A DNA stretch of 64,000 bases, from assembly GCA_963833575.1 (NCBI GenBank), contig CAWHXY010000007.1:192001-256000 (forward strand), read 5' to 3'. Below the pieces are notes generated by a model. That model saw only the letters and a list, made by a program, of their open reading frames with translations. It ran no database searches and was not told the origin of the DNA. The stretch comes from Candidatus Bathyarchaeota archaeon (GTDB lineage: Archaea > Thermoproteota > Bathyarchaeia > Bathyarchaeales > Bathycorpusculaceae). Below, one piece after another: positions 20,119 through 30,606 of this stretch. A program made the translations under genes and the position numbers. Each line of letters opens with the position of its first letter. Position 1 is the first letter of the stretch.

Positions 20119-20198
20119 GGCACAATGTTGAGGTGGAGAAGGTTTTATCCATTCCGTAAGAATAACGCTTGGTTGTGTGGTTAATTTAATAAATTCGG

Positions 20199-21113
20199 TT
20201 GATGAGTCATTTGAAGAGGAAGAGACTGATTAGCTTGAGCGATTTGACGTTTTACTTGGTTGATGTGTTTGCCCAAAAAAAGTACGCTGGGAACCAGCTT
20301 GCCGTAATAACCAACGCCTCTAAGCTGTCAACGGAAGAAATGCAATCAATAGCTAATGAAATGCATTTTTCCGAAACCACATTCATACTATCAAACGAAA
20401 AACACAACGACGGCTACGCTGTGCGCATTTTTACTCCGTTTATAGAGGTACCTTTTGCTGGGCACCCGACTCTTGGCACGGCATATATAATTAAACATTT
20501 TATAGACCGTGATGCCGTAGAAGTGGTTCTTAACTTAAGGGTTGGTCAAATAACAGTAAGATTTGAAAAAAATGCGGATCAAGAAATTCTGTGGATGAGA
20601 CAGGTTCCCCCAGTTTTCGGAAAAATTTTTGAGATGGAACGGCTTGCGAATGTTTTGCAGTTAAATCCGGAGGCCTTTGACGTTGGGTTCCCTATACAGG
20701 AAGTGTCCACCGGTATGCCTTTCATTATTGTGCCGCTGAAGACATTGGATGACGTAAGACGCGCTCAGATCAATATGAGCAACCTGCTTGAAATGTCAAG
20801 TGAAGTGCGCGGAGGCATCTTGGTATTTTGCCCACAAACCATACGCACGGAAAATAACCTGCACGTGAGAGTGTTCGTCGATTTGGGCGGCATCCCCGAG
20901 GATCCAGCAACTGGATCAGGAAACGGCTGCCTTGCAGGATACCTATCTCATTACCGCTATTTTGGCACAGAAAGAGTTGATGTTAGGGTTGAACAAGGGT
21001 ATGAAGTAAGGCGACCTTCATTGCTTTTGCTTAAAGCAAAAAAAGAAGCTGGGATCATTCAGGTTGAAGTCGGCGGAACAGTTATCTTGGTCGGTGAAGG
21101 CAAACTCGCCTAG
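20199..21113 (+). CDS. PhzF-family isomerase
   Basis: VDVF...GNQLAV, SETTF, RIFTP..EVPFAGHPTLG, EDPATGS, EQG; true start may be about 12 codons downstream. Confidence 0.92.
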   Translation: MMSHLKRKRLISLSDLTFYLVDVFAQKKYAGNQLAVITNASKLSTEEMQSIANEMHFSETTFILSNEKHNDGYAVRIFTPFIEVPFAGHPTLGTAYIIKHFIDRDAVEVVLNLRVGQITVRFEKNADQEILWMRQVPPVFGKIFEMERLANVLQLNPEAFDVGFPIQEVSTGMPFIIVPLKTLDDVRRAQINMSNLLEMSSEVRGGILVFCPQTIRTENNLHVRVFVDLGGIPEDPATGSGNGCLAGYLSHYRYFGTERVDVRVEQGYEVRRPSLLLLKAKKEAGIIQVEVGGTVILVGEGKLA

Positions 21114-21162
21114 TCTTCATTCTTGCTCGAAATTCTTATTGCTTCCGACGTGCATGTGCATG

Positions 21163-21480
21163 TTGGGCTGGCGAGTTGGTGTGTGGCTTTCGGACCCAAA
21201 TTGCTGGGTCTGAGGAAACTCCGCCCACGTGTAGAATTGCAGCTCTATGATGGAGCAGCGCGAGAGCGTTGGCAACGGAGCAGAAACGAAACGTCAAACT
21301 GGACCGGCAATGAGACATTTGTGATGTCGAGTGCGCCAGTTTAGAAACGATGAAACGGCCGTCCTGCAAGTGGAAAGGGCAAACAGTCGCTGATGAAGTC
21401 TCTACCTGAAGGCGCGGGTAGCCCGATTAGCCGAATGCCACAATAACAGAAGGCGGGTTACAGCCAGCACACCAGCCCAA
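21163..21480 (+). ncRNA. rnpB: RNase P RNA (archaeal)
   Basis: Universal elements GAGGAAACTCCGCCC (21212-21226) and AACAGAAGGCGGGTTA; terminal helix TTGGGCTGG/CCAGCCCAA; P2 TGTGGC/GCCACA; GC-rich island. Confidence 0.93.
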
Positions 21481-21721
21481 ATCAACTGTACCCCACTAGA
21501 ATTTAGAATTTCCTTGTCCAATGGAAAGCAACAACTGTAGCGACTATGAGTTAGAAAGTTGCAAAAGATGAATGAACCATTCAAATTCTCTATAGATTTT
21601 GAGCTATTAAAGCGCACCCAGAAATAGTCTAAACAACTTAATAATGAAAGTCTGTCTCAGCTACTTTTCCGATAGACAAAAATCCTGTGATTGAATAAGA
21701 AAAAAGAAGAAGAGATAACTA

Positions 21722-22237
21722 ATGTGGAAGGCGAAACTGAAAGACGGAAAAGAGGTCTTGCTTAGATTTCGCAGAATTGACGATACAAATAAGCTCTTTC
21801 AGATGTTTTCCTCAATGTCCGAGAAGTCGCTTGAATGGAGTATGGCTCCATACACAATAGATGTTATAGAGCGATGGATACAAGACACTCCAAACCTAAT
21901 TCCCATTGTGTCTGAATACCAGGAAAAAATTGTTGGTCAAGCGGTCATCCATAAGTATCCTCATCAAAACAAGAAGGGAATTGGAGAGCTTTCCATTTAC
22001 GTACATGACGATTTCCAAAATATTGGGTTGGGAACTGCACTAACCAAAAAGATTCTCGAACTCGCAAAAAAAGAAAAGATGCATAGAATAGAATTAGGTG
22101 TTGTCGCGGAAAACGAGATTGCGCTACATCTTTATGAGAAATGCGGTTTCCAAATTGAAGGTTTAAGCAAAGATAATTTCTATGGTCGAGACGGAAAGTA
22201 TCATGATGCTATCAAAATGGGATTAATATTTGATTGA
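21722..22237 (+). CDS. GNAT-family N-acetyltransferase
   Basis: VHDDFQNIGLGTAL (motif A), NEIALHLYEKCGF (motif B). Confidence 0.9.
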   Translation: MWKAKLKDGKEVLLRFRRIDDTNKLFQMFSSMSEKSLEWSMAPYTIDVIERWIQDTPNLIPIVSEYQEKIVGQAVIHKYPHQNKKGIGELSIYVHDDFQNIGLGTALTKKILELAKKEKMHRIELGVVAENEIALHLYEKCGFQIEGLSKDNFYGRDGKYHDAIKMGLIFD

Positions 22238-22408
22238 CCTCTAGAAAAGCGCACCAAAAAAAATCGAAAAGCAAAAACGAAACAATAATTCATTATGAAA
22301 AACAATGCGTGCTATAATGCAGGAACAAAATAAAATAATTAAAATGGTAAAACAAAAACAGCGCGGCGCATTAATGAAATAAAAAATGGGTGAGTCCTTA
22401 AAGACCCA

Positions 22409-22618
22409 TTATGCACGCTTATAATAGAACCTTAGGAACGCAATAACCAGCAACAAGAAACCTAATACGGTAAAGATGGTACCGAAACCTGAGCCTCGCA
22501 GTGGAGCACCGTGAATAGTGATTATTGATAGCCCAACGATCGCCAATATTATTCCTAGCACACTCAGAATGATAGCATGCATGTTACGGTTGCTAGTAGT
22601 TTTTCCTTGTTCTCCCAT
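22409..22618 (-). CDS. Small two-TM membrane protein
   Basis: Two hydrophobic helices, GGAG-type SD and TTATATT box upstream. Confidence 0.55.
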   Translation of the reverse strand: MGEQGKTTSNRNMHAIILSVLGIILAIVGLSIITIHGAPLRGSGFGTIFTVLGFLLLVIAFLRFYYKRA

Positions 22619-22962
22619 TCAAATCTCCTCATCCTCCATCATTTCTTTTAATATATAAGCTTATAACGAAAAACTATCTGACTTTTCTACATTCTATATA
22701 AGCAGAAGAAAACCAGAAATCAGTTTTTGGCAACCCCAAGAACCAAAAAAACCAACAATTATGCCCACCTTACAATGCTATATCCGAAAACAATTCAGGT
22801 CGCGAACAACTTTTTACAAAGCACTACCTTTCGCACTGAGGACTCTGTTTTGTACAACAAAACCTGAAAACAAAAAATGCTGTCATATTCTGCTTAATCA
22901 TTCTTATATGATCCCAAATTCCTAATTGTTTAAACTTGCTTCTACGAGCCAAATATAAAACG

Positions 22963-23301
22963 TCAACTACGTCTTATCAATCGCCCTAACTTTTCCCTTA
23001 AGAAGAACATGGTAAGCAAACTTCCAAAAGAAATTGCATAATACAGCAGCATCAATAATGGAAAGATTATTATCATGACGACCAACCCGTAAAATGGAGT
23101 GAGCATTAGAATCCATAACAAATTAATCAAGCTACCAGCAGAAACAAGGGGATAAAAGAATGGACCTATTAGAATTAGAAAAGCAACAACTCCGAACCGA
23201 TGATACTTAAAAGATTTTATTAACCACCAAGACATAGCGATGTAAATTACACAGTCAGCTAACACAAAAATTAAGTAAGCGACTAAAATAGTAATTGACA
23301 C
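22963..23301 (-). CDS. Hypothetical membrane protein
   Basis: 112 aa, 3-4 hydrophobic segments, GTG start. Confidence 0.55.
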   Translation of the reverse strand: MSITILVAYLIFVLADCVIYIAMSWWLIKSFKYHRFGVVAFLILIGPFFYPLVSAGSLINLLWILMLTPFYGLVVMIIIFPLLMLLYYAISFGSLLTMFFLREKLGRLIRRS

Positions 23302-23708
23302 ACGTCGTCCCTATTGCTTTATTATATGAAAGATCTTTAAGCTTTTCATAATTCTGTTTAAAAATAAATGCGCACAGATCCGAGAAAATAAGCTTCTAAA
23401 AGCTTATAACTAGACAGCAAAAATAAGAACAAAGGGATTGGAAATGAATGAAGCAAGTAGCAAAAAACTGCTAGCCCTAAGGCGGTTTACTGCCAACAAA
23501 CCAGCCTACAAAATAACAGAAACTTTTTGTAAAAAAAACATAAGCACTTTACATTAATGTTGCGAGCACTCCAGTATTACAAAGCAAAATTTCCATTAAG
23601 GGAGACCCAACACAAGAAATCATAACTGGCTAGCAATCGGCTGAGTCATTGATGGACAAAGCCTTAAGCCCATTAACCATATTCATTTAGAAAACATTTG
23701 AGGGTTAG

Positions 23709-23891
23709 CTATGTGTTGTTTAAGACTAATTTTGCTTTGGATGCCTCATTTCTAACTAGATTAACCTCGTTTTCGCAGTCAGATCTGTTGAAGTAACCTT
23801 CGTTGCATTCAGCAATAATGCGGTTGTCGCTTGCCCTTAATCGCCATCTAAACAATCGAGCATTATCTTTGTACACTTCAAACTGTGCCAT
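23709..23891 (-). CDS. YegP/DUF1508-family small protein
   Basis: FEVYKD...FRWRLRASDNRIIA..NEGY signature. Confidence 0.85.
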   Translation of the reverse strand: MAQFEVYKDNARLFRWRLRASDNRIIAECNEGYFNRSDCENEVNLVRNEASKAKLVLNNT

Positions 23892-23992
23892 AAGAACACC
23901 TGCATCTTAATTATAAAATGCTACAAGTTGCATATAAGGGTAAAACTCTCACTTTGAGTTGTTGTTTCTCTTTATTCTTCTCGGGTCAACTG

Positions 23993-24607
23993 CTACTCTA
24001 AATCGAGAGCTTTCTTCATTCCTTCCAAAACACTTTGTACAATTGTGGGACTTAACCAACTTGCTTTTTTCTTTAGATCTGCCCAATCTTTTTGAATTGT
24101 TCCTAAATCAGCTTTTTTGGTTTTTTGGAGTTCTTTTTCCAAAGCCTTTAATTGTTTTTCTATTTTTTCTTCCTCAGAACGAGTTAGCTTTGCAGCGCGA
24201 ACTTGGTCGCGGGCTTGCCTGAAAGCGTCTGTTACTTGTAGGGAAAAACTAGCTTCCGGCTCTACTGTCTTAACAACATTTTCATGATCTTCATCGTGAA
24301 TTTGACTTGTTGCAACTTGGGTAAAAGAGAACTTGTCTGCATAGCGCTCTTTATTCTCAATGACATCGATGCCGTCAGACGTAATCTTGGCAAAAGTCCA
24401 TTGAGTCCCAAAGGTCATACTGAGAGTAACAAGAGATTTTTCTTCTAAATATGAAATGTTGATGTCCATTTGTTTCTCAGACAATTTCAGAGTGCCCTGT
24501 ATTATGGCTCTATCCACTCCAGAACGCGTAGCATTATCCACTCGATGCTTATAGAGCAATTCTAAAATATCAAGACGCACTTGGTCATCAGATACAGACA
24601 CGGACAC
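23993..24607 (-). CDS. Hypothetical protein with N-terminal winged-helix-like domain and C-terminal helical bundle
   Basis: RLDILELLY...NISYLEEKSLV...AKITSDGIDVIE resembles wHTH/YjcQ-like folds; GGAG SD before GTG. Confidence 0.65.
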   Translation of the reverse strand: MSVSVSDDQVRLDILELLYKHRVDNATRSGVDRAIIQGTLKLSEKQMDINISYLEEKSLVTLSMTFGTQWTFAKITSDGIDVIENKERYADKFSFTQVATSQIHDEDHENVVKTVEPEASFSLQVTDAFRQARDQVRAAKLTRSEEEKIEKQLKALEKELQKTKKADLGTIQKDWADLKKKASWLSPTIVQSVLEGMKKALDLE

Positions 24608-24766
24608 TCCCTCTCTCTTCTCTAGTTAATTGCTAGCTAACGATTTAATATTTGTGGAAAGAATAATCACACAAATTATTCATTCACGCAGGAAATTGTA
24701 CTACAAAATTAACATTTAGCCAAAATTATTATAGTTAATGCCTTAGACTAGTTTTGGGGGCTTGAA

Positions 24767-25058
24767 ATGTACAAGAAAATGCAAGCTGGAAAAATTTTCA
24801 AAATTATCTGGATCACTATTTCAGTAGCTTTTTTTTCAACACTAATTCTATTTTTGACGCTGAATTTCATTTTCAGTATCCAAATCTATTATCTTGGGAT
24901 AGCTACGTTAGTGCTGTTTTTACCTTTTCTTTTATCACTTGCTTACCTTATTGGCTGTTGGTGCTAAACGGACGATAGATAAAAAAATCGAAAAAGAAGA
25001 AGAGCCAAAACGGCGACTTCCAGAAACGATGCCCAAAGATAAAAATAATGGCGTCTAA
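24767..25058 (+). pseudogene. Small membrane protein, apparently frameshifted near 24947 (or sequence error)
   Basis: The annotated ORF stops at 24967, but removing one C at 24946/24947 extends the second TM and adds a charged tail KRTIDKKIEKEEEPKRR... to TAA 25056-25058. Confidence 0.45.
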
Positions 25059-25103
25059 GATGGAATAAATGCATTCTATATGCTTCTGTAAACTCAAAAA
25101 TAG

Positions 25104-25313
25104 TTAGAGGCTTACTCTTCCAATTTTTCTAAATAGAAAATTTGCTACTAAAGCCACAGCCAAATCCGCAATAATCCAAACTAATAACGGAATATACTGC
25201 AATATCGCTAAGACAGTAAAAATCAACAAAAGAACTACTGCAACTACTCCAACTACTCTCTTTCTTCTGCGAACTCCGTAAGAAGTTAATGTGTCGGCGG
25301 GCATGTCAACCAC
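25104..25313 (-). CDS. Small two-TM membrane protein
   Basis: RRRKR followed by two hydrophobic helices. Confidence 0.6.
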   Translation of the reverse strand: MVDMPADTLTSYGVRRRKRVVGVVAVVLLLIFTVLAILQYIPLLVWIIADLAVALVANFLFRKIGRVSL

Positions 25314-25466
25314 TTTTAACTTAACGATTACGAAGTCATTAAAATATGAATCTTAACTTTTTAACGTATTATAAGAACAGATAGCCTTCAAATAAAAGAT
25401 TACAAGCACACACAGACATCAAACGTAATTCAATAACAGACAACCATGAGTTCTTTACAAATGACA

Positions 25467-25715
25467 TCATTCTTTATGTTTTGAATCCTTCAATTTAAGA
25501 CACCATTTTAGTTTAACTTGAACTCTTTGAATTAATCCTTCTTGCTCTAAAGAACGTAAACTGCGACTGATGGAGGAATATTCTTTTGATCGATATTCTA
25601 CAATTCTGCCAAAAACAATCTCAGCAATCTCTTTGGTTGTCATTTCTGGTTTCAATTCAAGAAATTTCAATATTAATTGCTGATTCTTAGACAAATGCGT
25701 CGTTGTGTACCACAA
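25467..25715 (-). CDS. Small winged-helix DNA-binding protein
   Basis: LSKNQQLILKFL...MTTKEIAEIV...SISRSLRSLEQEGLIQR. Confidence 0.7.
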   Translation of the reverse strand: MWYTTTHLSKNQQLILKFLELKPEMTTKEIAEIVFGRIVEYRSKEYSSISRSLRSLEQEGLIQRVQVKLKWCLKLKDSKHKE

Positions 25716-25851
25716 AAAATAGTTAATTTAGTAGTTAATAGCATTTTTCTATTTTCAAAATAAGGACCCGATTCGTATTGTAATGAAAATATTTTAATGA
25801 AACAGACTTCATAATATAGTTCAGGTATCAGTAGCATAGAGAGGCTAAATT

Positions 25852-26061
25852 ATGGCCGTTCTTGAATGCCCTTCCTGCAATGAAATCCTTGAAGCTGATC
25901 CGCCAGATAAACTCCATTCAGCATTCTCTTCAGCTAAGCCAATACCTAGTAGTTTTCATGGTAAAATTATTAGAAAGAAAGTAAGGTGCCAAAACCAAGC
26001 TTGCAAAAAAACAGTCACGGTTTACTGGTATGCTCCCTTGGAATACTTCAACCGAATGTAA
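25852..26061 (+). CDS. Small Zn-ribbon protein
   Basis: CPSC...CQNQAC, GAGG SD. Confidence 0.7.
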   Translation: MAVLECPSCNEILEADPPDKLHSAFSSAKPIPSSFHGKIIRKKVRCQNQACKKTVTVYWYAPLEYFNRM

Positions 26062-26233
26062 TGTGCTTCAAACTTAATTTAGTAATTAAATAGCGTTAGC
26101 TCTATGTGTTGATAGTGCTCTTCTTACTCGTTTATATGCGGTGATTTATTTAAGAAATAACGTAAGAAACCAAAAACTATCGAGTTTCCTCAAATGCCAA
26201 TGCTGGAGACTGGTTTTTCGGAGGCTAAACATC

Positions 26234-26434
26234 TTACCGCCGATATTCAATTACGCGTTTGTGAAAAGCTTTGCATTCTTTAATAACTCTCATGAGTTGT
26301 TCCGGATAGCCGAAACCCATTCCAGATAGCCAAATCAGCTGGTCCAACTGGTCTTGCCGTGATTCTTGGTATTCCGGACAGTCGGTACATTGGTCGGGGA
26401 ACTCATTGAAGCAAGCTCGCTGCATTTCCAACAT
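26234..26434 (-). CDS. Small Cys-containing hypothetical protein
   Basis: 66 aa with C-x7-CxxC and a later C-x3-H; GGGG SD-like element upstream. Confidence 0.5.
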   Translation of the reverse strand: MLEMQRACFNEFPDQCTDCPEYQESRQDQLDQLIWLSGMGFGYPEQLMRVIKECKAFHKRVIEYRR

Positions 26435-26723
26435 TTATCCCCAAAATAACTAAGGAAGCTTCAGGTATTTAAGACACACTCGATAGAACAAACTCAATTT
26501 TAAACAGAATCTACAAATATGCAATCAGCAGTTAACATTCACATTTCTCTTGACGTTTTGCAGTTTCTGAACAAATGTACAGTTATTTGGGTTGTATAAC
26601 TTATTTTTTGGAAATTTTACTCCTTTATCAGCATTTATTTTAACAAATAGGTATTTTTTTAAGTAGCTTCTTACATTACATATTAGGGAAGAATAGCTGA
26701 AAGAAAGATAGCTGGGGAATAAG

Positions 26724-27026
26724 ATGAAAATTCAAGAACCAATTCCTCATTGGAATAACTTCAGTGTTCCTGAGCTGAAAGAGATTCTGAAACATTGTGA
26801 AGCGTTAGAAAGACTTGGTATTGCACAAGATGGAAAAATGATCATTTCTATTGAAAGAGACATTACCTTACGTGAAAAACAATATGTGCATTCTAATTCT
26901 AAACTCACAAAAATAACGCAACAAACAACAAGACCAAACCTCGGCAAAATAAACAAAACTTCAAGAAAGACGATACAACAAGAAAAACAAAAACCACAAG
27001 ACTACTTATTGGAACAGACTATCTAA
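26724..27026 (+). CDS. Hypothetical protein
   Basis: 100 aa ORF with GGGGA SD and ATG; no recognisable motif. Confidence 0.5.
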   Translation: MKIQEPIPHWNNFSVPELKEILKHCEALERLGIAQDGKMIISIERDITLREKQYVHSNSKLTKITQQTTRPNLGKINKTSRKTIQQEKQKPQDYLLEQTI

Positions 27027-27156
27027 ATATTTTCAAATCATACAGTACTTTGAGAAAAGCGATAATTCAGATTAGTCGCTCTTAAATGCTTTAATGGTTA
27101 CGCAAAGCTGATATTAGATTTTGACAAAAGAAAGAGTCTACAGGTGAAAAGCCGCT

Positions 27157-27864
27157 ATGACAAGAGCACTGTTCTTAATTGATAGTTACCTCAAGGAATC
27201 TGACGGTACCGTAGTTTCTGTTAAAGATGGAAAATACGTAGTTTTGGACCAAACCATTTTCTATGCCAAGGGCGGAGGCCAGCCACATGATACTGGTGTG
27301 ATATTTAGAGGAAAAGACACATTTAATGTCGTTTATGTTGGTAAGTTTTCAGGTGAAATCTCTCATGAAATTGATCATGTTGGTCTTCAGCCAGGCGACA
27401 AGGTTCAATGCGTTCTGAACTGGGAAAGGCGGTATAAATTCATGCGCAGTCATACCGCTGCCCACGTTCTCGCATCGCTGCTTAACAAAGGTACGGGAGC
27501 ACTTATCACGGGCAACCAGCTTGAAGAAGACTATGTACGTTTTGACTTTAGCATTGAGAAATTTGACAAGGCACTTCTGGAAGAATATCTTGCAAAAGCG
27601 AACAATTTATTCGGTACAGACGTTCTTGTGAAATGGTATGAATTGCCTCGGAAGGAAGCCCTAGAGATTCCCGGAATCATCAAGATGGCTGAAGCTTTTC
27701 CACCAAATCTCCCGATGCTTAGAATTGTTGAAATAGAAGGTTTAGACAAGCAGGCAGACGGAGGTACTCACGTAAGAAACCTTAAAGAAATTGGAAAAGT
27801 GGAACTTATTAAAACTGAAAACAAGGGCAAGAATAATAGACGTATTTATTTCAAGCTAAATTGA
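27157..27864 (+). CDS. alaXM: Alanyl-tRNA editing protein AlaX-M
   Basis: LDQTIFYAKGGGQPHDTG, MRSHTAAH (HxxxH), ADGGTHV; 235 aa. Confidence 0.92.
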   Translation: MTRALFLIDSYLKESDGTVVSVKDGKYVVLDQTIFYAKGGGQPHDTGVIFRGKDTFNVVYVGKFSGEISHEIDHVGLQPGDKVQCVLNWERRYKFMRSHTAAHVLASLLNKGTGALITGNQLEEDYVRFDFSIEKFDKALLEEYLAKANNLFGTDVLVKWYELPRKEALEIPGIIKMAEAFPPNLPMLRIVEIEGLDKQADGGTHVRNLKEIGKVELIKTENKGKNNRRIYFKLN

Positions 27865-28027
27865 TCAATGCATTAGTCTCTTAATTCGATCGAAAAATCT
27901 GCTTAATACGTTTTTCAATAGGTTTCATGAAATTTAAAAGAGAATCATATGGAATAACAATAGTAATTGTTATGAAGCGCGATGCATAATTTTAGTTTGC
28001 TTTGCACCGTTATTTGAGGGAAACTAT

Positions 28028-28186
28028 TTGACGACTAAAAATTTGCTTTGCGGATGTGTCTACGAAGAGAACGAATGGATGCTTGTCCGTATAAAAGAAT
28101 CCGAAAAGCACCATAAAGAGCGAACTAAAAAAGTTGAATATCGGCCAAAATCAGAATGCTGCAGAAACGATACAAGAGGCGAATAA
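28028..28186 (+). CDS. Possible 52-aa Cys-containing microprotein (not in ORF track)
   Basis: TTG start after GAGGG; MTTKNLLCGCVYEENEWMLVRIKESEKHHKERTKKVEYRPKSECCRNDTRGE. Confidence 0.3.
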   Translation: MTTKNLLCGCVYEENEWMLVRIKESEKHHKERTKKVEYRPKSECCRNDTRGE

Positions 28187-28296
28187 AGTCATACGCCAAA
28201 GGGCGCTATCCTCAACAGATAAGCTTTATAACAAGTTCCACATCAATCAAGCTGCAACGAAGTTGCAAAGTAATTAAACAGGAAGTGAAAATAGAA

Positions 28297-28440
28297 ATGT
28301 CATATGGAAACAAAGAGATGCATAAGGCAACCTGTGCTGACTGCGGAAAAGAATGCGATGTTCCTTTCAAGCCAGACGGTACAAGGCCAGTTTATTGCCG
28401 AGAATGCTACAGCAAACGCAGACCACCAAGAAGATATTAA
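28297..28440 (+). CDS. CxxC-x17-CxxC Zn-ribbon small protein
   Basis: EMHKATCADCGKECDVPFKPDGTRPVYCRECY; true start ATG 28297 (47 aa). Confidence 0.9.
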   Translation: MSYGNKEMHKATCADCGKECDVPFKPDGTRPVYCRECYSKRRPPRRY

Positions 28441-28645
28441 GCTTTTAAGCTAACATCTTTACTTGTTTAACAATATTCTTTTTCTTTTTTATTTATTCTG
28501 TTTTGAACCAGAAATATTATCTCTGTAATTATTCTATAGTAAAATAAAGTCAAGTCCTTTGTATTATTAAGATATCATTTAATAACCGAAGCACATTTTT
28601 TTCAAATGGTCACCCGAATTAGAAAATTTTTGCTGAAAATCTAAG

Positions 28646-28960
28646 CTATTTCGTTTGGTACTTTGCTCGTTTGGATTCTCTTATCCAAAATTGCGGATCA
28701 TCGACCCTAATAATCTGTACTTCAACAACATTTCGCGGATCAGTTATTACTACTCGAAATTTAGGAGATAAATCAGGCTTGCTCAAAAACTCCACTCTTG
28801 ACGTTTCCAACTCTTCCGCGATACGTTCACACTTTTTGTTGGCGTATCCATGGTACTTTACGCTTTTTCCTGATAAAATGGCTTTGTCAAAATCGCCTTT
28901 GCTGCATTGAACTAGTTTTTCGCCGTCTCGAATGAACCAGAATGGAGATATCTTGGGCAT
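28646..28960 (-). CDS. Hypothetical protein
   Basis: 104 aa ATG ORF with protein-like composition. Confidence 0.5.
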   Translation of the reverse strand: MPKISPFWFIRDGEKLVQCSKGDFDKAILSGKSVKYHGYANKKCERIAEELETSRVEFLSKPDLSPKFRVVITDPRNVVEVQIIRVDDPQFWIRESKRAKYQTK

Positions 28961-29203
28961 TACAATCGGGCAATAGGGTTAATTGATCGTTAATTAACAT
29001 TGTCGTGCTTAGTTCGGAATTGTGCCTCAGATACCGATTTATTTTTTTTCCAGTCAACTTGGAGGAACAGAGTAACTGAAGCTCCAATATTTTCGTGCAA
29101 TTCTCTTCATTGGCACAACAATAATTTCTTATCGTTAAGAAATAGATTATTTAATAAAATAAAAACTATGAGGGAGGAGCAAAGAACCTTAGGTTTTATG
29201 TTC

Positions 29204-29296
29204 CTAAGACGTTTGTGTTTTACTCTGCTTTTCCTTTTTTGCTTTTCTTTTTGCGTCTCTTTCTTTCTTAGTTAATGGTTTTTCTTTTTTCGGCAT
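29204..29296 (-). CDS. Candidate 30-aa highly basic microprotein (not in ORF track)
   Basis: MPKKEKPLTKKERDAKRKAKKEKQSKTQTS; own BRE/TATA (CGAAAGTTATTAAAG, minus strand 29350-29336) and GGAG SD. Confidence 0.55.
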   Translation of the reverse strand: MPKKEKPLTKKERDAKRKAKKEKQSKTQTS

Positions 29297-29365
29297 TCGG
29301 GATTTACTCCGAGTGTAACTTTATAGCTATCTATGCTTTAATAACTTTCGAAAAAAACAATCAAG

Positions 29366-29707
29366 TTATGTGTATTCTCTAAAGGTGTGGCCACATTTTG
29401 TGCAGCGCATAAACTGAGTCGATGCTTCATCGCCGCCTCGAGTCTGCACTTGCCATACATAAACCATGTTGTTTTCACATTTCTCGCATTTCATGCGGAT
29501 TGTAGGCATTGTCTTGATTTTTTGTTCTTCCTCGCTAATAACCGTCATGAACGGTTGAGCGTTAGGCTGAATGACCTTGACTATCGTTGCCTGTGCCCGA
29601 CTGTTTTTAGGCTGTTTAATATAACTGCATTTCGTGCAAGCAAGTACTACTCCGTCTTGAGCTTTTTTAGGTTCAAGCCGACAACCGCAATCCGGGCAAA
29701 ACTCCAT
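29366..29707 (-). CDS. tfs: Transcription factor S (TFS, RpoM/TFIIS-like)
   Basis: N-terminal CPDC...CTKC ribbon; C-terminal CEKC...QTRGGDEASTQFMRCTKC with catalytic DE. Confidence 0.93.
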   Translation of the reverse strand: MEFCPDCGCRLEPKKAQDGVVLACTKCSYIKQPKNSRAQATIVKVIQPNAQPFMTVISEEEQKIKTMPTIRMKCEKCENNMVYVWQVQTRGGDEASTQFMRCTKCGHTFREYT

Positions 29708-29867
29708 AAGTCTAGAAAACTCCTCTGATAATGTCTGTCAAATTAATCAGATTATAGATATAAGCATTCTTTTAATATCAATGAAAATTCGGGCAAGAAA
29801 CGAACTTCTGCCTAAATAAAAGGGCAAACTAAATACGGTAGCCTTTCTTTGAGCAAGGGGATGAAAA

Positions 29868-30518
29868 ATGGGTGCTGAAAACCAACCCCTAAGCGAATGG
29901 CAAACAATTGACCACGCACTTGCGTACCTCGCAAGAGCAGATAAACTTCCACACAGAACAGAAGGTGAAAAGGCGTTGCTCGACCAAATCCCGCAAAACA
30001 TAAAACGCGTTCTTGATTTAGGAACAGGAGACGGAAGACTACTAGCACTCGTTAAAGTAAACAGGCCAAATGTTGAAGGGGTTGCACTCGATTTTTCGGA
30101 GCCTATGATTGAACAAGCTAAAAAACGCTTCGGAAAAGACAAACATGTAACCATTGTCAAACATGATTTTGCTTCTCCATTGCTGTCCAATCAACTTGGT
30201 CGTTTTGACGCTGTTATCTCAAGTTTAGCTATTCATCATTTGAATCATCCAAGAAAAAAACAACTATACAAAGAAATATTCGACCTGTTAAATCCAAAAG
30301 GCATATTCTGCAATCTAGAACATGTTTCGTCTCCAACATGGAATGTGCATCTCAAGTTTCTATCTGCAACTGGCTTTACTCTAAAGACAGAAGACCCGTC
30401 AAACAAGCTTTTAGATGTTGAAACACAACTACAGTGGCTAAGAGAAATAGGATTTACAGACGTAGACTGCTACTGGAAATGGCTAGAAATAGCGCTAATT
30501 GCCGGCTTTAAACCCTAA
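29868..30518 (+). CDS. Class I SAM-dependent methyltransferase
   Basis: [28 protein letters not shown]. Confidence 0.92.
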   Translation: MGAENQPLSEWQTIDHALAYLARADKLPHRTEGEKALLDQIPQNIKRVLDLGTGDGRLLALVKVNRPNVEGVALDFSEPMIEQAKKRFGKDKHVTIVKHDFASPLLSNQLGRFDAVISSLAIHHLNHPRKKQLYKEIFDLLNPKGIFCNLEHVSSPTWNVHLKFLSATGFTLKTEDPSNKLLDVETQLQWLREIGFTDVDCYWKWLEIALIAGFKP

Positions 30519-30606
30519 AATCTCTCTTTTGTCTTAACGCTTAATTGCTTGAATAGAAAACGATAATAAGCACTAAAACAAGAAGTTACTGAGGGTTTTT
30601 AAAAAA

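Noticed and set aside
21123-21617. Short ORFs 21123-21344, 21136-21369 and 21402-21617
   Set aside because: They overlap the RNase P RNA gene
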